Below, one piece after another: positions 1 through 8,970 of a DNA stretch of 64,000 bases (positions are counted from its first letter, which is position 1; each line of letters begins with the position of its first letter). The stretch is taken from the IMG/VR virus record IMGVR_UViG_3300020470_001313, positions 32,001-96,000 of that record; one strand, written 5' to 3'. The notes beneath the pieces are model-generated. The model was not told the origin of the DNA and ran no database searches. It saw only the letters and a list, made by a program, of their open reading frames with translations. Made by a program: the position numbers and the translations under genes. The DNA comes from a virus.

Positions 1-177
1 AGTGCCGTTACTGTAGGTGCATCACAAAACTTTAGTGATACATACAGTGTTGCTGGTGGAACTGTTGGCGATCTTGCTGGTTCTGTCACTAGTTCTCATG
101 GATTTAGTGGTGTAGAGGCTGGTGGAGCAAATACATCTGCGACTTCTCAGTTCGTAACTGAAGTCACAATCAGGTAA
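1..177 (+). CDS. C-terminal part of a Gly/Ser/Thr-rich hypothetical protein (5' truncated by window)
   Basis: Frame 1 is open from base 1 to TAA 175-177 (SAVTVGASQNFSDT...TSQFVTEVTIR*), 4 nt before the next ATG. Confidence 0.8.
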   Translation, partial: SAVTVGASQNFSDTYSVAGGTVGDLAGSVTSSHGFSGVEAGGANTSATSQFVTEVTIR

Positions 178-181
178 GACG

Positions 182-613
182 ATGAGACGAGTTATAGCAT
201 TACTATGGCTTAGTCTTTTGGGATCTGCTGCTAACGCAGTGCCAGTGGTCCCAAATTTTACCCAGGGCTCTATGACTAGTCATACAGAAACTACGTCTAA
301 GGTAACTGAGACGATTAATAGCATGGATTATGCTACAGGCTGGCAGTATTCAGTTACTGGTACAGGCATTCAACACGATGGTTCCTCAATTACACCAGGA
401 ACAACATCATCTACGAATACAATTGATGGGGTGACTTCAACATGGACAGGATTGGATTTAAACAACAAACCCAACTGGACACAAACAACACCAGGTGCAG
501 CATTTCAGATGACGGAAACGTATCTCGGACCTGGGCTTCAAAATCAGACAATAATTCAAAGAGTGACCGAGGTAACAAGCGTCACCGACACAACAAGTAT
601 CTTCTCGCAATAG
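182..613 (+). CDS. Secreted Thr-rich cyanophage hypothetical protein
   Basis: Sec signal peptide MRRVIALLWLSLLGSAANA; beta-rich mature region VPVVPNFTQGS...VTDTTSIFSQ. Confidence 0.85.
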   Translation: MRRVIALLWLSLLGSAANAVPVVPNFTQGSMTSHTETTSKVTETINSMDYATGWQYSVTGTGIQHDGSSITPGTTSSTNTIDGVTSTWTGLDLNNKPNWTQTTPGAAFQMTETYLGPGLQNQTIIQRVTEVTSVTDTTSIFSQ

Positions 614-1443
614 GGAGTTCCCTTGCTATAACAGGGTTCTTACCAGTTAATGTCTATGCTCAGACAGACGTTGGTGGTGTATCAGCAACCGCCAATCCTG
701 TCGCTAATTCTTCTGGCTCAGTCACCAACCAGGCAATACAAGTTTTACAAGGTCCATACATAACTAATACTTATGGTGGTGGTATTCAATGCCAAGGACC
801 TACCCTCAACATCACACCATACGTCACACGAACGATGTCATGGCAGGATCCGTTTGAGGCATACTATAATGATCCAGTCTACAACAACGTTGATGCTAAT
901 GACGATGGTGTTCCTGATAATCCTGGAGAAGTTTTATATTACGTACCTACTAGAACTGGACAAAAGGATACTCACAACTGGTCAGTAGGTGTATCAGCAA
1001 CTATATCTCACCCATTAGATAAAAAATTACAAAACCAATGTAAGGAAGCTGTAGCAGTTCAAATAGATTTACAACGACAATTAACTGCTAATAAAAGATT
1101 AGACTTTGAGATCGCAAGACTTAAAAATTGTGGTGAACTCAAGAAAGCTGGAATAATGTTTCATCCAAAATCACCTTATGCAGGGGTATGTGCCGATGTT
1201 ATGTTGGTAAATCCACCTGGTGTAGTAGCACAACATACACATACTATAGACAAAGGTTCTTTAACTCCTAAAGCAAATGGAACTGCTGAAAATCTAGGAA
1301 CATTCTCTATTGGCAATCCTATTTCTTCTTCTTCCGAGTCAACTTCAAAGGAGGAAGACCTTTCTTCAAACGATACTGGTCTGCCAACACTTCAGATCGG
1401 GACGGTTTCGGAGGAGTCTTCCCAAGAATCGTCTGAACCTTAG
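442..1443 (+). CDS. Putative exported/outer-membrane cyanophage protein (true start uncertain, probably near 590-610)
   Basis: Signal-like KYLLAIGSSLAITGFLPVNVYA, 4 Cys, beta hairpin followed by helical region. Confidence 0.8.
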   Translation: MDRIGFKQQTQLDTNNTRCSISDDGNVSRTWASKSDNNSKSDRGNKRHRHNKYLLAIGSSLAITGFLPVNVYAQTDVGGVSATANPVANSSGSVTNQAIQVLQGPYITNTYGGGIQCQGPTLNITPYVTRTMSWQDPFEAYYNDPVYNNVDANDDGVPDNPGEVLYYVPTRTGQKDTHNWSVGVSATISHPLDKKLQNQCKEAVAVQIDLQRQLTANKRLDFEIARLKNCGELKKAGIMFHPKSPYAGVCADVMLVNPPGVVAQHTHTIDKGSLTPKANGTAENLGTFSIGNPISSSSESTSKEEDLSSNDTGLPTLQIGTVSEESSQESSEP

Positions 1444-2170
1444 TTATCACCTTCTTCACAACAGGTTTCACAACCTTCAGGAGAAGATCAGCAAGAGGTT
1501 TTGCAAGAAGTGCTGAAGTTGTTGCAGCAACAGCAATTCCAGCCGTAGTTGTTACAACATTAGCACTCGGTAAATATTTTTCTACTACAGTTAATTCTTC
1601 ATAGAGAGTCACACAGATCTTTTCTGTAGGGTTATTAGGATCTACCTGTAACTCATAACCAGATACTGCTTCATTTCCACTCTGAGCCACGTCACCTATT
1701 CTAGGAGCATTAGGTGGTGGACAGGGTGGATCTTCTTTTGTATCTGTCTTAGGTATTGATGGTGCCTCTACTTCAGGTGCAGGAGGTACTTCCTGATTAG
1801 GTACTTTAGGAACTGGTGCTTCAGTAGTAATAGTCAACTGTTCAGGTTCATAGTCCATAGGACTGAATGAAGGAGTACCTGCATCGCAGTAAGTTCGTAC
1901 TCCTTTAGGATCATTATCTACTAGACTACCTGCCTTACCCTCATCTTCACTATGTGCTTCTACACATCCTGGCATATCAACTATAGGCTTTCCCAATACA
2001 GAAGTAACAGGTACTACTGGTGAGATTGCCTGTGGTGGATTCGTTAACCATATTCTAGGACCATCAATGTTGATGTCCCTTATCTGACTAACGCTAACAT
2101 TAATTTGTCTGATTCCTATTTGGGGTATTGACGCATCACGTACCCCAATCTGGGGTATCTCTGACATCAA
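1319..2170 (-). CDS. Pro-rich membrane-anchored hypothetical protein
   Basis: 283 aa ORF; Cys pairs, hydrophobic segment VVTTTAGIAVAATTSALLA, basic C-terminus. Confidence 0.8.
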   Translation of the reverse strand: MMSEIPQIGVRDASIPQIGIRQINVSVSQIRDINIDGPRIWLTNPPQAISPVVPVTSVLGKPIVDMPGCVEAHSEDEGKAGSLVDNDPKGVRTYCDAGTPSFSPMDYEPEQLTITTEAPVPKVPNQEVPPAPEVEAPSIPKTDTKEDPPCPPPNAPRIGDVAQSGNEAVSGYELQVDPNNPTEKICVTLYEELTVVEKYLPSANVVTTTAGIAVAATTSALLAKPLADLLLKVVKPVVKKVITKVQTILGKTPPKPSRSEVLADQYRLKKGLPPLKLTRKKKK

Positions 2171-2427
2171 AGGCTACCGATATTAGGATTAGGATCTGCC
2201 ATAGGAGCATCCATCATGACACCACCTGTAGCGGAGGGAACACTAGGAATTTCTGGGAGAGCAGTGTCCACCAATCCTGGCAATGCTCCAGTAACTGCTT
2301 CCATAACTTGAGATTTAACGCCATCAACGATGGATGCGCGATTAAGAAATAGAAATAGCCCACCGCCGACAACGGCAACAGATACAGCACCAGACGCAAG
2401 AGCAATGATGTTGACAATTTTCTGCAT
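2167..2427 (-). CDS. Small membrane protein
   Basis: N-terminal TM helix IVNIIALASGAVSVAVVGGGLFLFL; 4-nt overlap with downstream gene. Confidence 0.8.
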   Translation of the reverse strand: MQKIVNIIALASGAVSVAVVGGGLFLFLNRASIVDGVKSQVMEAVTGALPGLVDTALPEIPSVPSATGGVMMDAPMADPNPNIGSL

Positions 2428-2453
2428 GGTAATTTTTTAACTAATAATATATA

Positions 2454-2612
2454 TCATTTATTATCACGTGCTTCACGTAGCATATCATTGACAGTGCGAT
2501 TTGCCTTAGCCAATTTTTCAATCCAAATCATATCTTCTATCGGTAATTCCAGACCATTTCTAATGTAATAGCATAGAGTCTGTGCTCTTTTTCTATAGTC
2601 AGTACTTAACAT
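2454..2612 (-). CDS. Small hypothetical protein, 52 aa (not in ORF track)
   Basis: Manual translation MLSTDYRKRAQTLCYYIRNGLELPIEDMIWIEKLAKANRTVNDMLREARDNK; ATG overlaps purM end, GAGG upstream. Confidence 0.75.
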   Translation of the reverse strand: MLSTDYRKRAQTLCYYIRNGLELPIEDMIWIEKLAKANRTVNDMLREARDNK

Positions 2613-3604
2613 ACCTCACCTATAACCCACGACTTAACACCATTAGATTCCCAAATGATCTTACGAGCATCATACTCTACGTTTGGTGGAACAATAATAC
2701 AGAAACCTATACCCATGTTAAAGACTTTTCTCATCTCCTCATCAGGAAGTCTGTATGGTGTACCTGCTGGACCACTTCCAGCATTCTGTATCTTATCAAA
2801 TATAGGAGGTATATCCCATGAAGTATAATCTACATGAACATCAAGACCTTCTGGTAAACAACGTGGTAAATTACCTGGTATACCACCACCAGTTATATGT
2901 GCCATACCAACAATAGGAACTTCATCTAATAATTCATCTATCATACGATGATATATTCTTGTTGGTTCTATTAGTTCAGGAGTATCAGCAATTTTTATAT
3001 GTTGATGGAACAACATATTATTGATCATTGAATAACCATTACTATGGATGCCACTACTTGCTATACCAATAACCTTATCACCCTTTCTAATCAATTTCCC
3101 ATCAATAATCTCATTCTCTTCTACAATGCCTGTACAGAACCCTGCAAGGTCAAACTTACTATGACTATACATACGTGGCATTTCTGCTGTTTCTCCTCCT
3201 AGGAGGGCACAGGATGCCTCGTGACACCCATCACCTATACCAAATACAATCTGTTTGAGTACCTCCTCATCAATCTTACCAGTGGCAATATAATCTAAAA
3301 AATATAATGGTTTAGCACCTGATGTAATAACATCATTAACACACATTGCAACTAGATCTCTACCTACACAATAGTATGCTTCATCATTATTAAATGCAGC
3401 TGCTACATTTAATTTTGTACCTACTCCATCAGCACCTGATACTAGTACTGGTTTCTCATATCCTTCTGGGAGTCTCATCATCCCATTAAAACCACCAAAT
3501 CCACCCAATACTTCTGGAGTATGAGTGGACTTTACCTTTTCTGATATGAGATCTACAAATCGTTGACCTGCTTCTATGTCAACTCCGCATTCCTTGTAGT
3601 TCAT
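2606..3604 (-). CDS. purM: Phosphoribosylaminoimidazole (AIR) synthetase
   Basis: GADGVGTK, AMCVND, GGETAEMP, SSGIHSNGYS, HITGGG, FNMGIG motifs. Confidence 0.97.
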   Translation of the reverse strand: MNYKECGVDIEAGQRFVDLISEKVKSTHTPEVLGGFGGFNGMMRLPEGYEKPVLVSGADGVGTKLNVAAAFNNDEAYYCVGRDLVAMCVNDVITSGAKPLYFLDYIATGKIDEEVLKQIVFGIGDGCHEASCALLGGETAEMPRMYSHSKFDLAGFCTGIVEENEIIDGKLIRKGDKVIGIASSGIHSNGYSMINNMLFHQHIKIADTPELIEPTRIYHRMIDELLDEVPIVGMAHITGGGIPGNLPRCLPEGLDVHVDYTSWDIPPIFDKIQNAGSGPAGTPYRLPDEEMRKVFNMGIGFCIIVPPNVEYDARKIIWESNGVKSWVIGEVC

Positions 3605-4280
3605 TTATTAAAGGTTTGTCAAACAATACTGTATCTATATAGTTGCTTGCCCATTCCTTGTTAAATAATTTTTCTAATATACCACGAGTCTTATCATTCT
3701 TTTTTTGTTGGTTGCAGTAATGAATTTGATCATCAAGCCTCAACATAGTATTAACCCAGTTTGAATCTGGTTTAGATTCTAATACAAGATTACGATATAC
3801 ATGAAGATAATGTAGTACGAGACAATAGAAATTAACCATCTCTATGTTCTTATTGATACGCATAAACTTACAATAAGGTGAGAAGATCTCATCACCCCAT
3901 AATGGTATTGGTCTTCTTTCACTGAATTTATATTCGTTACTAAGTTCTCTAATGTCTTCCCAGTTATCAAAACCTCTTACAGGAGACACATCAACAATAG
4001 CAGCAGTTACTGTCTTACCTGTAGAAACTATATCACATCCAAAGATAGGTAGATTGTAATGAGGATTTGGAAAGAACACTGAATGTAGTATCTTCAAACC
4101 ATTTAGATTTGCTAACTCAAGATGCATCTTTCTAAGTGGAGGACACTTACTCATCTTATTTGTTATGAGTAGATCATCCTTCTTTACTTCAGGAATAGGA
4201 CTGTCTAATGGTTCTACATCAGGGAAATCTTCTATAACATCTGTAATTAAAGATGCCAAGTCATCTACTAAGTCACGCAT
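3579..4280 (-). CDS. pcyA: Phycocyanobilin:ferredoxin oxidoreductase
   Basis: RKMHLELA, ILHSVFFP, LPIFGCDIV, AAIVDVSP, PLWGDEIFS, YCNQQKKNDKTR; start at second Met (ATG 4280). Confidence 0.93.
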   Translation of the reverse strand: MRDLVDDLASLITDVIEDFPDVEPLDSPIPEVKKDDLLITNKMSKCPPLRKMHLELANLNGLKILHSVFFPNPHYNLPIFGCDIVSTGKTVTAAIVDVSPVRGFDNWEDIRELSNEYKFSERRPIPLWGDEIFSPYCKFMRINKNIEMVNFYCLVLHYLHVYRNLVLESKPDSNWVNTMLRLDDQIHYCNQQKKNDKTRGILEKLFNKEWASNYIDTVLFDKPLINELQGMRS

Positions 4281-4902
4281 AACTAAAAAAGAATTCCTCA
4301 ATTAGTTTCTTAGACTCTTCCTTACCGAAAGCACTTCCTAGATATCCTGAGATAGGATCTAACCTTATCATATAAGAATCAAAGTCTTTATAACAACTAG
4401 TATCTTCACCAGTTGGTTTTGATTCTTCTATCATGTCTTTATAAAGTGACAGATAATATTTAAATGTTGGTAAGTACGTATCAACCATGTCTGCTTCACA
4501 GTATCTTACAAAGATATTGTCAGAGAAATGATTACCCTTCTCAAAGAAACGATAAGTCTCTGTTGTCTTTGGTAATGGAGGTACTTCTAATAAAAAATTT
4601 TCTACAGGATGCTGGAAGTCAAATACAATTATAACTTTCTTCTGACTGAATCCCATAAGATCCATACCAAAACAAGGAACATTATCTCCTGTCTTAGGAT
4701 AGATTATATTGTTATGAATATTAAGATATTTCTCATCCCAGATGTCAACATGTCTGGACTTAAGAAAATACTTACCAGAATATAAGTCAGCAGTTAACTT
4801 CGTGCCCTTCTTATTCTCCCAGTTAGCATGTTGTTTTTCAAATTTTAGATCAGGAAAGGTGTCAAATACTGCCTTTCTATAGTTCTTCCAAAGATCTTTC
4901 AT
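4273..4902 (-). CDS. pebS: Phycoerythrobilin synthase
   Basis: YPKTG..PCFGMDLM.FS.KKVIIVFDFQHP, YRFFEKGNHFSDNIFVRYC, LDP motifs typical of cyanophage PebS; start ATG 4902. Confidence 0.93.
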   Translation of the reverse strand: MKDLWKNYRKAVFDTFPDLKFEKQHANWENKKGTKLTADLYSGKYFLKSRHVDIWDEKYLNIHNNIIYPKTGDNVPCFGMDLMGFSQKKVIIVFDFQHPVENFLLEVPPLPKTTETYRFFEKGNHFSDNIFVRYCEADMVDTYLPTFKYYLSLYKDMIEESKPTGEDTSCYKDFDSYMIRLDPISGYLGSAFGKEESKKLIEEFFFSYA

Positions 4903-5093
4903 GCATGTATTGTACACGTAGAGGTAGGATCCCAACAATCAGGACAATCCATCTCTTGTTCATAACTATGTAGTTTGTGTATTACTTTGTCGTACTCTTC
5001 GGCGACGCTAGGGTCTTGATTGCCGATAGCACTCTTGTAGTATTCGCATGCACGTAGTATGCGATCAACCTCTTTTTCATGAAACTGCATCAT
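4899..5093 (-). CDS. Hypothetical protein
   Basis: 64 aa, CPDC motif, ATGA-coupled to pebS. Confidence 0.7.
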   Translation of the reverse strand: MMQFHEKEVDRILRACEYYKSAIGNQDPSVAEEYDKVIHKLHSYEQEMDCPDCWDPTSTCTIHA

Positions 5094-5262
5094 CGCGCTC
5101 GGTCTCTTGATTACCGTTGGTCTTATATTTTAGCAGTTTTCTAAGCAATGTCACCTCCTTAAGAAGTGATTTGTTTTCAACCTCTAACTTTTGGATCTCT
5201 TGTTCGTAAACAATAATCATATCTTTTAGATTTAGATTCTCATTCTCTAGTTCCCAGTCCAT
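5077..5262 (-). CDS. Coiled-coil hypothetical protein
   Basis: MDWELENENLNLKDM... heptad pattern; start may be 5262 or 5301. Confidence 0.7.
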   Translation of the reverse strand: MDWELENENLNLKDMIIVYEQEIQKLEVENKSLLKEVTLLRKLLKYKTNGNQETERDDAVS

Positions 5263-5345
5263 GTGCGTACTTACTACCCTTGCACCTAAAGGTAGAGTCA
5301 TTAATATTTAGGTCTGGTAGAACTATTTACCCACTTAAGAATCTC

Positions 5346-5441
5346 TTAATCCTTTGCTGGATGGTTCAGAATGTATAACCACACTACACCTAGCACTATA
5401 ATAGCGAACATTCTTATAGAGCTAGGTGAGGTATCAATCAC
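5346..5441 (-). CDS. 31-aa single-TM microprotein (not in ORF track)
   Basis: GTG overlapping upstream TGA; MIDTSPSSIRMFAIIVLGVVWLYILNHPAKD. Confidence 0.55.
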   Translation of the reverse strand: MIDTSPSSIRMFAIIVLGVVWLYILNHPAKD

Positions 5442-5878
5442 AATGTGTAAGGTTTCTCATCCTTCTTGTTTGGATCAACAGCAATAATCTTTAATGGTGC
5501 TTGTTCTATCCTTAAAGTTTGAACAGGTCCACCATTACCACCACCATTAGGTCCACCATTACCATTACCTGCCATCTTCATAGTGCCATCACCTTTCTTA
5601 GAAGCAGTCTGAATTCCGAAGCTAGCTAAAACCCCAGTAAAAACTGAAGCTATGAAAGTCGGATCTATTTTTTGTTGAGGTACACCAGGAATCGCCACAT
5701 AATTAAGAGTCAATATTCCTCCTGACCACACCAAGACCCCAAGCCTAACCATGCTAGAAAGCAATGCTGCTTGCTCTTCTTGATCTGGAAGAATAGCATC
5801 CTTTATTTTACCAAAGGCACCCTTCTTTTTCTCTTCCTGTTCTTCCTCTTCTACAAGGACTTCTTCTTTATCTGCCAT
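5438..5878 (-). CDS. Two-TM membrane hypothetical protein
   Basis: Acidic N-terminus; TMs VRLGVLVWSGGILTLNYV and DPTFIASVFTGVLASFGI; GGAGG RBS. Confidence 0.85.
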   Translation of the reverse strand: MADKEEVLVEEEEQEEKKKGAFGKIKDAILPDQEEQAALLSSMVRLGVLVWSGGILTLNYVAIPGVPQQKIDPTFIASVFTGVLASFGIQTASKKGDGTMKMAGNGNGGPNGGGNGGPVQTLRIEQAPLKIIAVDPNKKDEKPYTL

Positions 5879-6307
5879 TTAAGCCTCCGTGGTTGTTTTC
5901 TTTTTTCCAATGTTGTATTTGGACTCAAGATCCCAATCACCTTTTTCCTTGTAGGATATAATTTTAATCTGACTCAGTGGAGCAGTATCTAATATAGAAT
6001 CTTTCTTAGGAACATCAACTAAACCCCAATCGGATAGTAGTTGTACAATCCTGTTTCTCCTCTGTACATCATTTTGAGATAGATTTGTCCGTTTGCCATC
6101 TAAGGCAAACAACTCTTTGAAATGAACTATGTAATACTGTCCCTTCTTATGTAAGATGTGACAAGATTGATATAGTTTCTTTTCTTTTCTAGAAGCTACT
6201 CCAATACGTGTGAGAGTTTCACGTACCTTTAGAAAATCATCAGGTTCCCTAAGTGTAACCTCTATCATATCGTTTTTAGACCACGATATATCCTGTTCCT
6301 CGCTCAT
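5879..6307 (-). CDS. regA: Translational repressor RegA
   Basis: DDFLKVRETLTRIGVASRKEKKLYQSCHILHKKGQYYIVHFKELF. Confidence 0.97.
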   Translation of the reverse strand: MSEEQDISWSKNDMIEVTLREPDDFLKVRETLTRIGVASRKEKKLYQSCHILHKKGQYYIVHFKELFALDGKRTNLSQNDVQRRNRIVQLLSDWGLVDVPKKDSILDTAPLSQIKIISYKEKGDWDLESKYNIGKKKTTTEA

Positions 6308-6684
6308 GTTAATCCTCCAGTATTCAGTTTTGATTTAATATAGTCAAGTTGTTGCGGGGACAATAGGGATATGGCTTGTCTTGCTTTTTCTATGGAGTAT
6401 CCATAGTATTTTTGAACAAGTTCAAGGTTCTCAACCGTGTCCTTTTTACCCCAAGGAGAGAAACGCTTCCTTGGTCTAACCGTATTTATATAAAAATCGT
6501 ACTGTAATTTAGATGGAAGATTTGTGCAACGATTCATCTCATTAGCATGCATCACAGTGTCTATGTGATGTGACATACACTTATTAATAATATAAGCAGG
6601 ATACCCCTTCTCATTGAGGGGATCCTGATCCATTAGGTTATCTTTAGTTGTATTAATACTATTAAGATAATCTTTAAGTTGCAT
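6304..6684 (-). CDS. gp62: Clamp loader small subunit
   Basis: LKDYLNSIN, ANEMN, LQYDFYIN, KYYGYS; synteny with regA. Confidence 0.93.
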   Translation of the reverse strand: MQLKDYLNSINTTKDNLMDQDPLNEKGYPAYIINKCMSHHIDTVMHANEMNRCTNLPSKLQYDFYINTVRPRKRFSPWGKKDTVENLELVQKYYGYSIEKARQAISLLSPQQLDYIKSKLNTGGLT

Positions 6685-6880
6685 TAGATTCCTGAATTGC
6701 CTCTTTAATAACAGTTTTAAGTTGTCTTAGTTTCTTTTTACCAAGACCTGCTCTTGTATCAATTTGTACCTTCAACCAGTATACAAATGCAAGAACAATA
6801 ATAAATTGAATGCCTTCACTCCAAGACATATTCCATGCTTCATTAAGATCTAATGAGGCAGCAGCTAATAGGTTAATCAT
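6674..6880 (-). CDS. Small membrane protein
   Basis: TM GIQFIIVLAFVYWL then basic tail. Confidence 0.7.
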   Translation of the reverse strand: MINLLAAASLDLNEAWNMSWSEGIQFIIVLAFVYWLKVQIDTRAGLGKKKLRQLKTVIKEAIQESNAT

Positions 6881-7019
6881 TTAATACAGCAGTGACACCA
6901 AGTATTCTGGCGTTAGGGTTTCTAGCAAGAGCGACTTCTCTTGCTTCATCGTAGTTGCGACAGATTACTTTCTCAGTAAAAACTGTTCCAGCAACATAGA
7001 GCTTGACTTCACATTTCAT
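6873..7019 (-). CDS. 48-aa hypothetical protein (not in ORF track)
   Basis: MKCEVKLYVAGTVFTEKVICRNYDEAREVALARNPNARILGVTAVLND; fills the gap between dam and the next gene. Confidence 0.75.
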   Translation of the reverse strand: MKCEVKLYVAGTVFTEKVICRNYDEAREVALARNPNARILGVTAVLND

Positions 7020-7842
7020 AGTTCATTAGTACCAACTCTTTACGTTCGTTCTGATCTTTCATGTAGTCACCCACAGAACGCATGGTATAAGTGTGACTAA
7101 ATTCAGCAGCGACCCAGTACTTGAAGCGATCCCTCACGCACTGACTACTATTATAACTGATCATTTGCTTGCAACAGTAATTGTCACAAGATGATGCAAA
7201 AGCATCATGATCAAAGTACTTATGCATGTCACCCTTCTTACCATAGAGTTTGTCTCCAATCTCATATGGTGGATCTAGATAAACAAATGCTTCAGGAGTG
7301 TCATCCAATAAAGCACCAAAATGATAATTGGTTATCTGCCAATTCTGAATCAGTTCACTATAACTAGGGAGTTTTTCAATCCCTCGCATTGAGAAGTTGG
7401 ATTCACTTGCTTGTTTGGAGAATGAGGATGACTCAGTAAGACCACTAAAAGAACACTTGTTAACGATGTAAAAAGCCACGGCTCTGTCTTTGTCACTTTC
7501 ATTTCTGTTATTGATTATATCTTTCTGAGATCTAAACAATTTACCAGCAGAAAGTGGTTCATTATTCTCTTGCTTGAAAGTCTTTAGTTGTTCATACAAA
7601 TAATTACCTTCATCTCTGAGAATAGACCAGAAATTATACAAGGGTTCATACAGATCATTAACCCATATTTTAAGTTTAGGGTAAGTCTTAGTAATGTGGA
7701 TTGCCATAGACCCACCACCTAAGAATGGTTCACGATAGATCGTATACTTAGATAGATCAGGAATCCATTGTGCTAGCTTAGGCACTGCACGAGACTTACC
7801 ACCAGGATAACGAAGTGGTGTTTTTAAACCTTTAAGACTCAT
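7009..7842 (-). CDS. dam: DNA adenine methyltransferase (D12/Dam class)
   Basis: LRYPGGKS, EPFLGGGS, YLDPPY. Confidence 0.95.
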   Translation of the reverse strand: MSLKGLKTPLRYPGGKSRAVPKLAQWIPDLSKYTIYREPFLGGGSMAIHITKTYPKLKIWVNDLYEPLYNFWSILRDEGNYLYEQLKTFKQENNEPLSAGKLFRSQKDIINNRNESDKDRAVAFYIVNKCSFSGLTESSSFSKQASESNFSMRGIEKLPSYSELIQNWQITNYHFGALLDDTPEAFVYLDPPYEIGDKLYGKKGDMHKYFDHDAFASSCDNYCCKQMISYNSSQCVRDRFKYWVAAEFSHTYTMRSVGDYMKDQNERKELVLMNYEM

Positions 7843-8029
7843 CTCGGTAAGCTTCCTCTGCTTTTTCTAAGAATGGTGCAACTGTTATTAGATTCTCTAT
7901 GTTAGATAACATATCAGCAATGTGCTTACTGATGTATGGTTTCTCAGTTCTTGCTGCAAATGCTAATGCATTTCTGAGATCTTCTTGTGCTGCTTGTAGA
8001 GAATCTTCTACTTGCTTTGATAAACTCAT
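7832..8029 (-). CDS. Hypothetical protein
   Basis: 65 aa helical ORF coupled to gp44 and dam. Confidence 0.8.
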   Translation of the reverse strand: MSLSKQVEDSLQAAQEDLRNALAFAARTEKPYISKHIADMLSNIENLITVAPFLEKAEEAYRDES

Positions 8030-8970
8030 TTAAATTCACACTCCATCATAATTTGTGTTAGACTTGCCAGAAGATTAATCTCCTGATCAGCAACGAATGC
8101 TGCCTTATACTGATAGTCTGCAATAATAAGAACCATTGCTGCTATAGACTGAGGGTTCAGTCTAGTATATAGGGTATCATATACCTTACGATATAGGGCG
8201 GTTATATCATTATCAATGTTCTGTACTACCCACTTCTTAACTGTTGTAAAATTCTTTGCTTTCAATCCCTCTACTAATTGCTCCATAGGAGCATCACCAA
8301 TGACTGATAGAATACCACTATCAATTTTTCCACTGGATCCATAACGCTGAAGTTCATTAAGAACTCTTCTCCAGTCAGGGAAGTACTTCTTGATCAACTC
8401 AGCAACAACCTTCATCTCAAATTCTATATTCTCATTAGCAAGTATATAATTAACACGTTTGAAGAACTGACCTGATATCTCCATCTTATCCTTACCAGTT
8501 ATTCCGAAGTCAACAACCGAACAACGTGAGTGTAAGGGTTCAATAATACGATTCTTATAATTGCACGTAAATATAAAACGACAGTTCTTCTGAAACTCTT
8601 CAATGCTTGCACGTAAGAGTAACTGGACATCATTGGTGGTATTATCCGCTTCATCAATAATAAGTACTTTATGCTTCGCTCCACCAACAAGAGAGACAGT
8701 ACTAGCAAAGGTCTTTGCCTGATTGCGTACAGTGTCCAAGAATCTACCTTCATCCGATCCATTAATGACATAGAAATCTGCTCCTAATTCATTGCACAGT
8801 GCTTTAGCAACTGTTGTCTTACCTATACCAGCAGTACCAGACAATAGTAAGTTTGGTATCTCACCTGCCTCTAAGAAACCTTTGAAGGTATCCTTTATAG
8901 GTTGTGTGAGAATACATTCATCAATTGTTTTAGGTCGGTACTTCTCAACCCAAAGGAAATCATTGTTCAT
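8026..8970 (-). CDS. gp44: Clamp loader large subunit
   Basis: WVEKYRP, Walker A GTAGIGKT, IIDEAD, SRC. Confidence 0.97.
   Translation of the reverse strand: MNNDFLWVEKYRPKTIDECILTQPIKDTFKGFLEAGEIPNLLLSGTAGIGKTTVAKALCNELGADFYVINGSDEGRFLDTVRNQAKTFASTVSLVGGAKHKVLIIDEADNTTNDVQLLLRASIEEFQKNCRFIFTCNYKNRIIEPLHSRCSVVDFGITGKDKMEISGQFFKRVNYILANENIEFEMKVVAELIKKYFPDWRRVLNELQRYGSSGKIDSGILSVIGDAPMEQLVEGLKAKNFTTVKKWVVQNIDNDITALYRKVYDTLYTRLNPQSIAAMVLIIADYQYKAAFVADQEINLLASLTQIMMECEFK

Noticed and set aside
8499-8771. 90-aa +1-frame ORF in gp44
   Set aside because: GC3 barely differs from the rest of gp44 (about 34% vs 30% by hand) and there is no clear topology
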